NCBI GenBank assembly: GCA_051294905.1
Contig: CM119374.1
Span: 5,580,001 to 5,644,000, forward strand
Direction of reading: 5' to 3'
Source: Botryllus schlosseri
Lineage: Eukaryota
DNA: 64,000 nucleotides
The notes under the pieces were generated by a model. That model searched no databases. It had not been told where the DNA came from and saw nothing but the letters and a program-made list of their open reading frames with translations. The position numbers and the translations under genes are program-made. Every line of letters begins with the position of its first letter. The first letter of the stretch is position 1. Of the stretch, positions 1 through 13,300 are shown in pieces.

Positions 1-62
1 CGAGTCAAGTCGAGTCATCAGAAAATGGTGACTCGAGTCAGACTCGAGTCTGGTAAACCCTG
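1..62. mobile_element. Right end of a non-autonomous DNA transposon with GACTCGAGTC/AGTC subterminal repeats (partial)
   Basis: Clustered CTCGAGTC motifs ending in ...AAACCCTG; same motif family as at 22298, 37000-37600 and 47585. Confidence 0.5.
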
Positions 63-399
63 CCATATGTGAAAGTACCAATATTATTGGCCAAATGCAT
101 ACGCAAGCTTGAGAAAAAAATCGCGAGACCAATAAACTTATGCATACTGATTTTTCACGGCAGTTGTTTTAGCGATTGGTGCATGGTAACTCGAAAACAC
201 AAATGGAAGTGTGGGGGTCTGTCGAGTCAAGCCTTCCAGAATTTGTTTGATTGGGACCAAGACCATTGTTTTGGAGGTCTGTAAAGTGTTATTACAGCAC
301 TGCTGGAAACAAACACTCGGTACAGCCCGTCTTATTCTCTCAGTCAACAGGTGTTTGCGCGGTAAAAATGATCTTTTTTAATCGTCGGGCAGATTTATC

Positions 400-468
400 C
401 TAAGGGGGGAATTTTGGCTTAAATTTCGGCCAAGGGAGGCACGAGATGAAAAAGGTTGGGAACCACTG
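400..468. mobile_element. Right terminus of a Buster-family non-autonomous hAT
   Basis: AGGTTGGGAACCACTG matches the TIR of the autonomous element at 22807-25405; followed by gctTAgga. Left end not found. Confidence 0.6.
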
Positions 469-1261
469 GCTTAGGAGCAAGTCTGCACGAGATTGAGAGT
501 GTGCACGCTCAACCATTAGCGCAACAATGACCAATACGCTTGCGGTTTCCGTTGCTCTTTATCTGCTCCCAGACGGCATGGTTTCGTCACAATTCCAAAT
601 TCCGTTACAATGCAACATTCGAGGCCAATTTTGGCTGGTTCCAGGACCACGAGCAGAATAAAATTCATATTTTCGCAAGTACCACAGTATCTTTCGATTG
701 ATACCCGTTTTTATCAAATTTCGCGTTCGGCAAAAAGTGCGACGTAGACCAATTTCACCGATCCGCGAGCTTTGCTCGTGTCCACACCATATAAGACACT
801 ATGGTTTCACGTTTCCAGTGTATCAACTCACAAGCGAGAAATTATTCCACAAACGACGAATAATTTTTCCGGGCTTCCCCGTACACATTAATACTTCGGA
901 ATTGCTACTCGTTAAACTCCTGTTATGTAGGAAATCAATTTGGAAGTATCGAATCAATAGGTCTCTCCACAGAGAAAGAACAGTTCATTGATTTTCGAAA
1001 CGCTACTTTCATATAACATAGTTGGCAATACAGATGTATCGGTGTTGACTGTCTCCTTCCTATTCGATGATAGATGCATAAAAGATAAGAATTTTATTGC
1101 AATTTGCTTGTTCAGTGTTACATCAAAATATATATTATATTTTGACTGAAATTAAAGCTTTTAATGATGTCGTCCAATAGTTATTACTTAATGATACTCG
1201 TCTCCTGAGCAATTATCGTAATATGTGCCATAATGTTTACCGCGAATAATTTTGAATGAAG

Positions 1262-1350
1262 CTGGACGGCCGTTCGGATCGCGACCGTGCACTCTTGGAG
1301 GTGTGTGGGAAACACCTACGTGGCTTTCCGAATGTGATATAAGTATAATG
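1262..1350 (+). CDS. aGPCR exon, HormR-like half domain (GRPFGSRPCTLGGVWETPTWLSECDISIM)
   Basis: R-x-C..G-x-W..P....C pattern; donor ATG|gtacgt; a 65-bp phase-0 intron follows. The acceptor (gaag|) is weak, so the 5' boundary is uncertain. Confidence 0.6.
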
Positions 1351-4300
1351 GTACGTAATGGCCCGGCCATGAAATAAAACCCAACAATGTCTAATCTTGG
1401 AATTATGTTTTTTAGGAAATTGCAACTGAAGATATAACTGATGAAAACCGTGAGGAGACTTCCAGTAATCTTGAAATCCTAACGTCAGAACCGGAGGAGT
1501 TGAATGAGGAGGACATTGACGCAACGACTGAAGTCATCGTAGAAGTCACATCTGCAGAAAATTTAACGACATCGGTAAATATGAAATATTTTATTCACAT
1601 ATTATCAGAATATGAAGTTATGATAGCGGTCCATCCTTAACACCATTCAAATTATTTATGCCGACATGGTTAATCTTTGGTACAGGTTGATTCTGCTGTC
1701 ATGTTGCCAAAACCAGTCATACAGCGCAGGATAGGCAGTAATTCGCATCATTGTCGATTGGAAGCATGGACGATGGTTCGTTTTGATATACCGCAGAGTT
1801 TTGTGACGATCTTTTCAAATACACCTGTAGTAAATACGTAGTTTCAAATCCAGTGCGTACGATAATACACCGGTGCCTATTTATTGTTTCAAGAACCAAC
1901 AGAGTAAACATAGTCAGGGATTTCATTCAAATTAGTTAACCAAATGTATCTCTTATGGCAGTGGACGCCTTTTGCCTGTCAGAGACCCCCACGGACCCCT
2001 TTAAGTTTTTGTTCCGATTTAGCTCAATTATTGTTCAACCGTGATATGACATGTGCAAAATTTAACTGTAGGATAGTGATAAACAGCAACAAAATGACTT
2101 ATCTTTTTAATAATTTCATACATGCAGAAATTGCTGAGATTCCTATTATTTCAAAACGAATTTAGCAGCGGCACATATTGAAATAAGTCGCTGTGTCTTG
2201 AATACCCGCGCTCTGATTTGATATGAACGAGTGCTGATAATTCATTTCTACAAAGATAGGTGGTGGCGAATGTAATATTTAGTCATTAACGCTTCCGGCG
2301 ACACCTAGCATCAAAATTGAGTAACAGATTTTTGAATGAACGTCCAGCCTAGCCATTTCTATCTAGCCCAGGGGTGGCCAACCTTTTGGCTATTCACGAC
2401 CGCATTTCGACTACTCATGTAGCCTACGGCTGCATTCCAGGGCATAGTCGCAATAAACTAGCTGGACGTCAAATGCCCAATGTTCGAGTGCATATGTCCA
2501 ATTGTCCATTTGTGGTGAACTTGCTATATGCACTGAAATCGAGAGTGTTACCGGACATATTATGGGTATGAGATTTACTAACGAATTTCGTGATTAATAT
2601 TAGTAGTTTTCTATATTATTATAAAACATTTATCCTTCCTAAGTCTATCGATGTGATCAGATTAACCGGTGGAGTTGAAGGAGGGGGTGTTTCTAAAATT
2701 TTGGGCAGGTTATAAATGATGATGCATCCAGACATGGACAACTAGAAAATTGTCAGCTTTTCCTAATTAAATTAGAATTAGAATTAGAATTCCACAGCCG
2801 TTTCCAAATTAGACTAAAATTAGAATTAGAATTACTGGATTTGGAAAAACTTGGAAATTGAATGAAAGTGTGAGCTAGAAATAAATACAGCCAAAAGTTC
2901 AGTTCATATCAAATCACAGTGGATTTGCATAATGAGGAGAATGATTTACGTCTGTATACCAAGCTTTGCTCGTTTTGCACTATACCAGGGGTTATCAATA
3001 CGCGGCTCGCGAGGTCATATTTTGCAGCCAGCGATCTTTTCTGTGAATTTGGAAGAACGCGAATAATGATCAATACACATTACATCATTCATTATCATGG
3101 CGCAAATAACATGATTAGGCGATAAGCGTCACAATTGTTCAATTAAACAAACAAGCTACTATATGCCAGCGTGGCTATTATTCGTACAATAACTCGTATT
3201 TCTCTACGGTGTAAGTAATGCGATGGCGGCTTGGCAATTGATTTCCCTCTGGGGGAGGGATATTCTTTTTAACTCGCTGCAACATGCCGCGGTCAAATAG
3301 GAATTTTCAGGAAAACAAAAAATTAGATTAGAATTGAAATTAGAGCATAGGATCACTTCACCAAGTAGATTAGAATTAGAATTCGAGCATAAGAACAATT
3401 CACAAATTAGATTATAATTAAAATTAGAGCATAGGAACACTTCACCAATTAGATCAGAATTAGAATTCGAGCATAAGAACAATTCACCAATTAGATTCGA
3501 ATTAGAATTCGAGCATAAGAACAATTCACAAATTAGATTAGGATTAAAATTTGAGCATACAAACATTTCACAAATTAGATTAGAATTAGATTACTGGCAT
3601 TTCGCTCTGATTTAGTGAAATTAGACAACTAGAATTATCTAGTTGACCAAGTTTGGATTATAACTGATGCTGCATCTTCGGTTGGGCCATTGTTTTTAGT
3701 CACTTTGTTGCGTGCTGTTATTTCTTGACCTCCCACCAGGATTGTCGGTTTGTGAGGAGTATACACGAATCCGAGTTGGTATTTCTGTATGGGGCGTATC
3801 ATTTTCCTTTGCTGTTTAAATCCGTAATGTGGGGTTCAAATTGCAACGGGCCCCACTTGATTAAAATCGAGAAATCGCGCAGGGTGCTAAAAAAAATTAA
3901 TGATTCATTAGAATCTATCAAGAAATCAGCAATTAATTCGTAAATTCAAATTGCACGTCGACGGCCGCCAACACAAACTAATTGAACTACGTGTCCACGG
4001 CGGACAAATTTCCGTCTACGGCCGCAGGTTGGCCACCCCTGATCTAGCCGGTCATCATGAAGTTATTCTTGAATCTCGGTTATGCTACAGAAGAAAACGG
4101 ATCAAAAATTTCCATTTCTAGCGACTTCTCACTAGTTTCCTTGGACTAACGACATGTAAACATTTCGAAGTCATCCCGATTGACCATACTATTCAAACTT
4201 TTTATTTTTCCACTAACCCCGAAAAACATCTAACAGCAATATATATATATATATTTGTATCATTAGGCTGCTGCGAGATTGCGCAGTAGAATATTTCATT

Positions 4301-7300
4301 TCCGACGGACATTTTTGTAATGTGAGTCGTGAAGTTATGAGGCGAATCTGTCTCGTGATTTACCAAATTTGAAAACACAAATTATATTAGGCAATCAATC
4401 ATTTTGCAAATGCGGAGGTCTCGCAGACGCCCTGAATATGCTTCGCGCATCTAAGGGGTCCGCGGAACCCCGGTTGAGAAGCACTGTCTTATGGGAACCG
4501 ATGTCTAGTAGATTTAAAAATATGTATGGAATTTACTTGGTGTAATTGTAAAAAATCCCAAATATCATCAATTATTCTAATTTCCAGAGCTTGACTCGTG
4601 CTCGCATCCTAATCATACTTGCTCGCATTCTTGCTCGCTCCTTCCATAATCACACCGCTTTTCCATAATCTTGGATTAAGCCAGATTTTATTTTTGTTCT
4701 GTCACAATATGATCACACACAGAAACCATTACAACCAAAGCCGTCTCGCAATTACCTTGGTGTTGGGTGCAGCCAAAGTATAGCAGGGTGTCCAATTCCC
4801 TTTCGATCTATCAACCACGCCGCATAAACCAATGTTCCTGGTAAATGTTGAAACTAAAACTATAAATGCATATTGTCGTATATAACGTTTTCAACATAGG
4901 CCACCACAGATCAAAAGCGAAAGTGTTTCCTGCAGCGAAAGGTTTACCTGCAGCACCTAGACCAAATTTAGAACCTACTTCGTATTCGACTGTCTAATGT
5001 AGCCAATTCATATAATTGACCATGACCATAATAATGAAAAACGGTTTCGCCAACCCCGATTTTGTGTTGTTGTTGATTATTTTTCGATTCGCGATTACAA
5101 TGCAAATGGTTTTGCTCGCCATATCAAAAAAAAAAAATCTTTTTAATATCTATGGGTGAGCAACTGTGCATCACCAATTTTGTGTGAAATGCCGCAGGCC
5201 TACATTCAAGCTAATTATTTTACAAAATACTCTGCATTCCTTTATTATGAGATCTATGTGGCAAGAGGGAAACATTTTAGGTTACCACTGCTATCGGAAA
5301 GCCCATGATGGGTATTTAAATCCAGGACGATTGAAGTGAGAATAGCACAACTCGATGTAGCATTCAGAGATCGTTTTATATCAGTGGTTTTAACCTTGCC
5401 TCCAGCGCCCCCAAAGGGCGGTGGCTATTTTGAAGGGGGCGGAAACGCTCAGGGGGCGATATGGGGGGGGCGCTGGGCTCAGGGGGCGCTGGGCTCAGGA
5501 GGCGCTGGGCTCAGGGGGGCGGTATGGGGGCGCTGGAGAAAAATGGCTTCGCAGTAGATGATGTGGTGGTAGGACATATCCTTAATGAGTATTCAGAACA
5601 AATTAACACCGAAAACATCGTTATATATAGACTACCAAAGGCCAGTGGCGGCTCGTGACAATATCGGGTGGTGGGGCAAGGGCTGCAAGCGACTTTTTAT
5701 TAAGATGACGTCACAATGGCGTTTTCCAGCATAAACAAGTAACTTAATGATGGTACGGTAACATGAGTTTGCCGGCCACAGTGATTTTAACGTATGTGCC
5801 ACGAGAGGTCCGCCGGTGAGCTGTGACTTGAAGTGTGGTAACTGCGTAAACGGCGTACGGAACAAAGATTCAACACGGTTCATGTTCGCACTAGATCTGG
5901 AAATGACTATAACTCGAGAGATAGCGTAAGTATAGAAATTAAACATGGAACGGCAACGACCGATTTTGCAGCTTCGTTCCGCTTCGCTGAGGCTGGAGTG
6001 GAGAATTGTTTGGGGTAAGCGACTGTAGGATTTCTGGCAATCCAAAAGCTATCTTCCCGAGCGCAGAAATTACTGAATCTGGTCTTGATCGAAAGCTACT
6101 GTTGCACCGATTCCGAAAACATAAATTAAAATATTGATCAGGCACTGATCCACCATATAGATTGGTGTGCGTCTATAAATGGTAAAGAATTGTTATTGAA
6201 CAGAATTTTAGGTGGGACAATTCCCCAGTTGCCCTATAAGACAAGCCGCCACTGCCAAAGACATATAGGTTTAATTGTATATGGCCGCCTAAATGACTAG
6301 CACTGAATTTTCCTGTCTTGGCAATCTGAACCCCAGAAGACTAATTCCATCTGGCAGGGAAAAATTATATGCCAGTGAAGAAATACCAATTTGAAATCGT
6401 GTGCGTCTTCTAGTTTAGTACGATTGGGCGACAGGGATATCTAAAACTAGATATTCCTGTTGGGCGATATCCCTTTTGGGCGATTCTATATTTTTTGATA
6501 TAGCAGACAGGAGGTCACGAAATAACATCATGCAATGAAGCCATACCAACGGGTTCGCCCGCTGGAATATGTTTAAATATTAGTTACGGGCCCTACAGTT
6601 TCCAAGACACCTCACAATGTTCGCTCTACGTTTTGATGAGTCTGCGCACACTCAACAACTCACTGCGCAGACCCTTGTGCAACATTGCGTAACGACTAAA
6701 AAAGGTCATAACTTCGGATTTATTGTGCGCAATGTAGATTTTCTGTGCGCAGACACCGTGTCAGCACTGCGCACGTGCGCAGCTTAGAGGGAACATTGCA
6801 CCTCACTCAGCTCTACCGGTAAATCTGGTAACGTGAGCAGAGACGACAAGAAATTGATAGCAATATATATGCCATTTCAGATCTTATGACCGATTTTATC
6901 ATGAATTATCGATAGTTTTCGCGCTTCGCACTGGCTCGCTAAACAGTACAGCTGATTTCGTGGCAAAAGCGAACAACGTGATGGGGGGGGGGTCGGTTTA
7001 TCACCCTATGGGAGCCCAAGACCATCACACATGACTCAGCTCTACCGGTAAATCTGTTTACGTGAGCAGAGAGAGGATAAAAATTGATATCAATATACAT
7101 GGAATTACCGATCATAGTGACCAATTCAACCATTAATTATTGAAATTTTTCGCGCTTGGCGCGTCTAGGCGAGAATAGTTAGCTCAGTAAATGGACACCC
7201 AATGTAGATGACTAGTATCAGCAAATAACGGATAGCCGAAGGGGGGTCTGGGGGCGAAGCCCTCCCGGAAGTTTAGTTTATCTTATATATGTATTTACCA

Positions 7301-10300
7301 CCTATTCATTCATGCATTATAGAAAATGTTGGTACCTTGGGCAACCAGGCCACACAAACTTTGCTGATCATCGAAATCACGATACGGGGTTCTTGGGTGC
7401 GAAGCCCTCAGAAATTTGGTTTATCACGCTATGAGTTCGCAAGGCAATCGTTTTTAGGGGGTTTGACGAAGTGCTGCTACGGCCTTCCCTCTTACTTATT
7501 GTCTTTATTACATTCCTTACAATATGAGGTTGGGGGGCGCTGGAGCACGATAATTTTTGGAAGGGGGCGCTGGAGGAAAAAAGGTTAAGAACCACTGTTT
7601 TATATCATCTCTGGTATTTCCGGGAACGCATGCTATCATTTTACTTTACAGGTTGCAGATTCAGTCGTTACCACCATAAGCAATTTAATGGAGTCACCTA
7701 GTATAGAAGATTACTCGGATTCATCAGAGTAAGTGATCGAAAGAACATTTATATACGATGTGCGAACAAATAGCCTACTTATAATTTCAGTTAAGAAATA
7801 TTGCTGACAAACCGATTGCGGCGTATGAATATGAGCCAAGTAAACATATCCTTATAGATATTTATATTACAGGCGTAGTTAGTTCGGATAGGTGTACCAC
7901 CTCTTTGTGATGGCGTGCGGCGGTACAGAGCCACCTCCCTGAGATAAATCGTCTTAACAATCGGCTTGTTTGACTCATTTCTACCCCTGGAAGAAAGTGA
8001 AAGCGCATTTTTTACCTTAAACTGTTGTTAACCCTACACCATTGCGAAAATCGGTGCAATACACAATTTTCGTTTACATCGGACCTGGGCATCGAGCCCC
8101 CCATCCCGCGGGCCATTCGTCGTGTCATTCGTGGAGGTCAATACAGCAATTCATGCCGTAGCAATTAAAGATATTAGTCGTCATTTCCATATTCAATTTA
8201 AAATCTTATTTGTTGCCATGCATGTGCTTTGAAATGTTTCGGCATACGTTTTCAAATCCTAATTCGTAAAAGAATGCAATCAGTGAACGTGAGTAGCGGT
8301 CATGTTCACTGTCAATCGATGGTATGTCGAGCAATGAAAGATACGGCTGAAGACCTACATTTTCATCAAGCACTAAATATTTGTTTACTCAATTTACCGT
8401 GAACCGATAATTTCAGTTTATGGTGAACAGCGAGCAGGAGTCCGGGGGAGGGTACTGCTAGACTCACAAAATTTTCAAATTGCGATATTTCATAACCAAT
8501 TGATGCTGGATTCCTAAAAATTGGTGTGTGAGCTATTTATACTCAACTTCATATACTGCAAGAATTTCAGCATTTTACGATGACTCCTTGGGCTCAAATT
8601 GGGGGGGAGATGGGCGAATCGAACAAGTAGCACGGGAAAACGCCTGTCTCATCGATGGATGCTGAGAGATTCTAAGCAATGCTTTATAAAGTGTCCCGAG
8701 GCCTATAAGAACCTGCTGAAACGCTTGAAACTTCCGATATCAAAAAGAAAATTACGGAATATTCGTTTGGTGCTAGTGAGGTGCTGAATTTTCGATTTTT
8801 TTTCGTAAAATTCAGATTATAAGTAGCATAGTGCGTATACTAAATGTCAGGTAGCAAAAACAATAGTTTCAGCAGGTAGAACAGTCCTACCGCTACTACT
8901 AACCCAAGTTTGATCAGGATTGAAGGTCTTTTGATATAAAAATTTCTTGTCCTCGTGACCCCATATTACCAAAAACTAAAAATGAGAGAAAATCAACTTT
9001 GAAAATTGAAAAATATTTTGGTGAAAAAGTAGAGCAGGTATTTGAAATCTGTTGCCTTTAAATGTTGTAGGCATGCTTTAATGAGTATATAGCCAAATTT
9101 GAAGGAAATTGAATGATCCTAAATGCGAAATAAAAGATACAAATTTTGTGCGATTTGATGATTTTTCACTCAAAATTGCTATACCAAATTTGAAAATTTT
9201 CTAAATCCTAAATCAGACATCAGTTAGATGTTGTATAGACGAAATAACATATTGTGAATACTGCAACATTGTCAATACCGATCGCATTTGGTACGAGGGA
9301 AGATATTACACCCACATTTACCTCCCGAGATCTTTCAAACAAGCAAATTTTCGGCATCAAATGTAATAAAAAAAAAACGAAACAAACAATATCGAACGTT
9401 GCAACAGTGAGGAAAGAATCAATGATGCAGCACTAATATAATCAAAATTTTCCTGCACTGTAAGTAGTGCCTTCGTGTCTCTCAGACTCTCTATCCTTGG
9501 ATAAATCATCCAATCTTTTACGTTTCCGTTCCCGCGTTGTGTCAGCCTGAGTGTGAGATCGTTTAATTCTGATGGCATCGTCTCTAGATGCCGTATCTTT
9601 GACGCGGGGACTCATTGGAACTCCTGCAGAATTGCACACATTGAACAAACCTTTTGCACCATTGTTCCATCGTATAACTGCAAGAGCCACCACAAATTCC
9701 ATGTAGTCTTTACCACAAAAAGAATCCTTGGAGCATCGCTTCCATAATGTGCTGTGGAGGCACTCATTCGCATTTTGAGTTTGCAGTTTCATGCACCTAG
9801 AAAGCAAATCTAAACTTGCAAGATCTTGAAATACAGGTTTTACTGCTTGGAACATTTGAGGTGTCAGTGGATGGTACTTGCTTTTTGGTAGTGGTATCGG
9901 ATCACTAGCTCCTTCCCGTTTAGCTTTTTTGTAAAAACACCACGCCTCATCACAATAACCATGAGTGGGTTTTTCCGGGGTTGAACAATTGTGCAACAGT
10001 ATTGCCCAAACTTTTTTTGAGGCTTCTTTTGCATCGGGTGCACTATTCACAATGGCATTGTGGTAGTACTGACTCCACTTTTTTATTCTGGGAATACTCA
10101 ATTTGCCGACCCCTCCCATTTTATGTTTTTTTAGTTTTTCCGTCTGTACGACCTTTGTTAATCTGGTGTACATTCTTTTATTGACGTGGTTGATGCACTC
10201 CTCCTTTACCACAGCGATGGACCCATAGGGTTTTGATTCTTTCAGCATTGCCATCACTGAGGAATCTCCATCTGAAATCATTGTAGTGTAACGAAATCCT

Positions 10301-13300
10301 ATTTCTGCAGAACGATGCCAAAGAATTTTGGCTATATCTCTCTCCATGGCCCCCGATGATCCCTCGTGGTTTTTATAGCATACTGGCTCGTGTTCCTCTC
10401 TCCACTTTTTCAATGCTTCATCCTTGTACCTTTTTTCGTTGGTATCGCAAACACGACTATATTTAGATTTTACTTCATAGTCGAGCACAAAACCTGTGCT
10501 CGGCTCTATGACGAAGCCGATGCCATATTTACTGACGTGCCCCCTTTTTTGCCAGGTTCCGTCATAGGACACACTGATATTGGTCAGGCCATTTTCATCA
10601 CTTTGATCATATATATTTTTTACAGACTGTCTGGATGAATCAATGGAATCTTTCAGAGTAGATTTGGTCCTGTTATAGATTAGAGCTGAAATTTTTTCGA
10701 ATGATTTTTTGGAAATGCCCTTTTCAATACCCATCATTTCTGTGAACGAATTCAGCTTAGCCAAGTGCATAGAATTTTGCAGAGCAGAGAACACAGCTCT
10801 TGTGTTTATTTGGTGATGGGAATGATTCTTACCGTCGAGTTCTACGATATCTTTCATTTCGGAGGTGTATTGTCGAAAAATTTCTTTTTTGCAGCATGAT
10901 ACTCCGATAATAATTTGAGTTGCAAATCCTTTATGCTGTATGCAGTTCCAATAGCCTTTGTCAGTTGAGCCACAGTCGGGGCAATTCACAATTTTTTGAA
11001 CAACTGAATCAAAAAATGCAAAACTTGCGAGGAAAAACGTCTCTGCAGAATCTGAACCACCACTTCCAGATGTTGAGGGCGATAAAAGGTCCAATCTTTT
11101 CTCAAAAGATTTCTTAGGAACTACCGGTACTTTTCCGCGATTATAGCATTTTCTTTTCCTGTTGCCAAATGCCTTCTTAGTGGTTATCTTTGTCCTCATA
11201 ATCAATACAACGATTAGCAATCAATAATCTACCAATGCAATCTTGAAAATTTCCCAATATGATAAACAAAACAGAGAAAATGGATAACTTTCACCTCCTC
11301 TCTTGTGAGCGAACAGCTGATCGCAATCCAGGAGTAGTAGGATTACAATGTTTTGAACGTCACGCTTAATCGATTACAGATATGGCTCTTCTACTCACTG
11401 TATGAAATGATGATTACTGATTGTTTACAGACAATTTTGAGCTTGTTTAAAAATGAGAGGAGGGGGGGGGTATTTATACGAAAACATGAGATTTCAAATA
11501 TCATTTTAACAAACTTCTAATTACAAATCAGGCAAGGTAAGCATATTTTTTGAAAGAGCTAGTTTTATACATTTGGATTCTGCAATAAAAAAAAATGAAA
11601 TTTTTTCCGAGTCCAGCAGTACCCTCCCCCCTTAAAGGAAAATAATTTGTGTCGGCATTATGAGAAAATCCTGAAGTGCATATGTATTGACTGACGCGGA
11701 CCTGCTGGCGAACCTCAAAACAGCAAGGCTATTCTACTAGGCACCACAGAACTAGGGACGCCACCTAATATAAACGCATGTTAACAATGTAATTCACTGC
11801 TTTTAATTTAGAAATAAAACCCCACGTCGAGAAAACGTAGTCAAACTGTTTTTCTCCGCCAAAGTACTTTCTGCTTCACATGTGTCCCGTCGGGAAAAAT
11901 AATTGCCCACCCCTGGCTTACAGTATACGCTGTAACACTTTTCGATAAGCAATCGCTTTTACAATTCTTGAATATCATAGTCACCGAATTGTATTGCTAT
12001 TTAATCATGTGATTGTGACGGTAACGTCAGAACTGATCAGTAAATTTGCACTACATCCTGAAGTGGTGATGCTTTATGCTACGTCTACTTGACAGTTTTC
12101 ATTTTTAGGCAAAACTATGGCTGGAATACGTACTTTTTACTCACTTTCAAACCGTTACTTACAGTTCAACTCGAGTAGAAATTGAGCGCTTACTTCTACT
12201 TCCACTTGAGCACCGTAGATGTCTACTTTGACCGCCACAATATGATTACATTAAAGTAATTGATATATTTTGTGCAGGCTCATCGTTCAGCTTGACACTG
12301 TCGCAGAAAAAGTGGAATTGTCCTCTAACTCATCGGCAACGCGCAGTATCAGAAATACGGATATGGTATCGACTTACACGTCAATTAGTGGTGATGTCGG
12401 TCTGCTGGTTTCAGACAGTGAGTGGTCAACTACTACGCAGAGCTGTGTTTTCTGTGTAGTATTATTATCACATTGTTCTGAACTGAATACAGAAGATTAC
12501 TTGAAGAAGCTTCCTGGAGGTACAGAACTTCAATATACAATTGAATAGTATGTTCATATTGAAATGAACCAGAATATTTTCAGCTGACACTCGTCAGGGG
12601 TAATCTTCAGCAACTAGTAGAGAATTGGAAAGAACATTGTGTATCAACAATCGTATCACAAAATATGACGTCATTTCAATATGAATATACTATTCAATTG
12701 TAGAAGATTACTTGCCTACGCTAACGCGTATTCTCCCCAATTAGACCGCGCCTGCCTGTCTCAGAGACATAGAGACCAACACCACATCGCATATTGCGTA
12801 CTGTCGCCACAACGTTTTATGTTTATGCAGGGCCGTAACAGCACTTCGTCAGGCCCCCCCCCCAAAACGTTGGCCTTGGGCCCCCCATGGGGTGATAAAC
12901 ATAACTTCTGGGGGGCTTCGCCCCCCAGACCCCCCTTTCGCTGTCCGCTTTTTGACGCTATTTACCATCTACACTGGTTGTCCGTTGGGTGAAACAGCTT
13001 TTCCCGCCTAGACGCGCGAAGCGCGGAAAATTTCAGTAATTCAAGAATGTAATCGGGCAATATGATCGGGAATTACATATATATTGCTATCAATTTTGAT
13101 CCTCTCTCTGCTCACGTAATCAGATTTACCGATAGAGCTGAGCGAGGTCTGTTTTAAAACGTAGGACCACCCAATAATAATTAGACATCTTCGGGGGTAT
13201 ACCCGTTGGCAGGAACGAAACAGCACTTCGTCAGCCCCGCCCCCCCCCCCCCCACACACACAAAAAAAACTTGGGTTTGGGGTTCTCATAGGGTGATAAA

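Larger units (their letters stand above)
5382..7597. mobile_element. Composite non-autonomous Buster-like hAT (TIR CAGTGGTT(C)TTAACCTT)
   Basis: TIRs at 5382 and 7597; perfect TSD TTTTATAT; G-rich GGGGGCGCTGGGCTCA subterminal repeats; nested elements inside. Confidence 0.88.

Noticed and set aside
1686-1840. Possible extra aGPCR exon after tacag|
   Set aside because: The frame runs to a stop with no GAIN similarity; the gene splices in phase without it.
3204-3566. ORF with 14-aa repeats (LFLCSNSNSNLIGE)
   Set aside because: Simply the translation of the 42-bp minisatellite.
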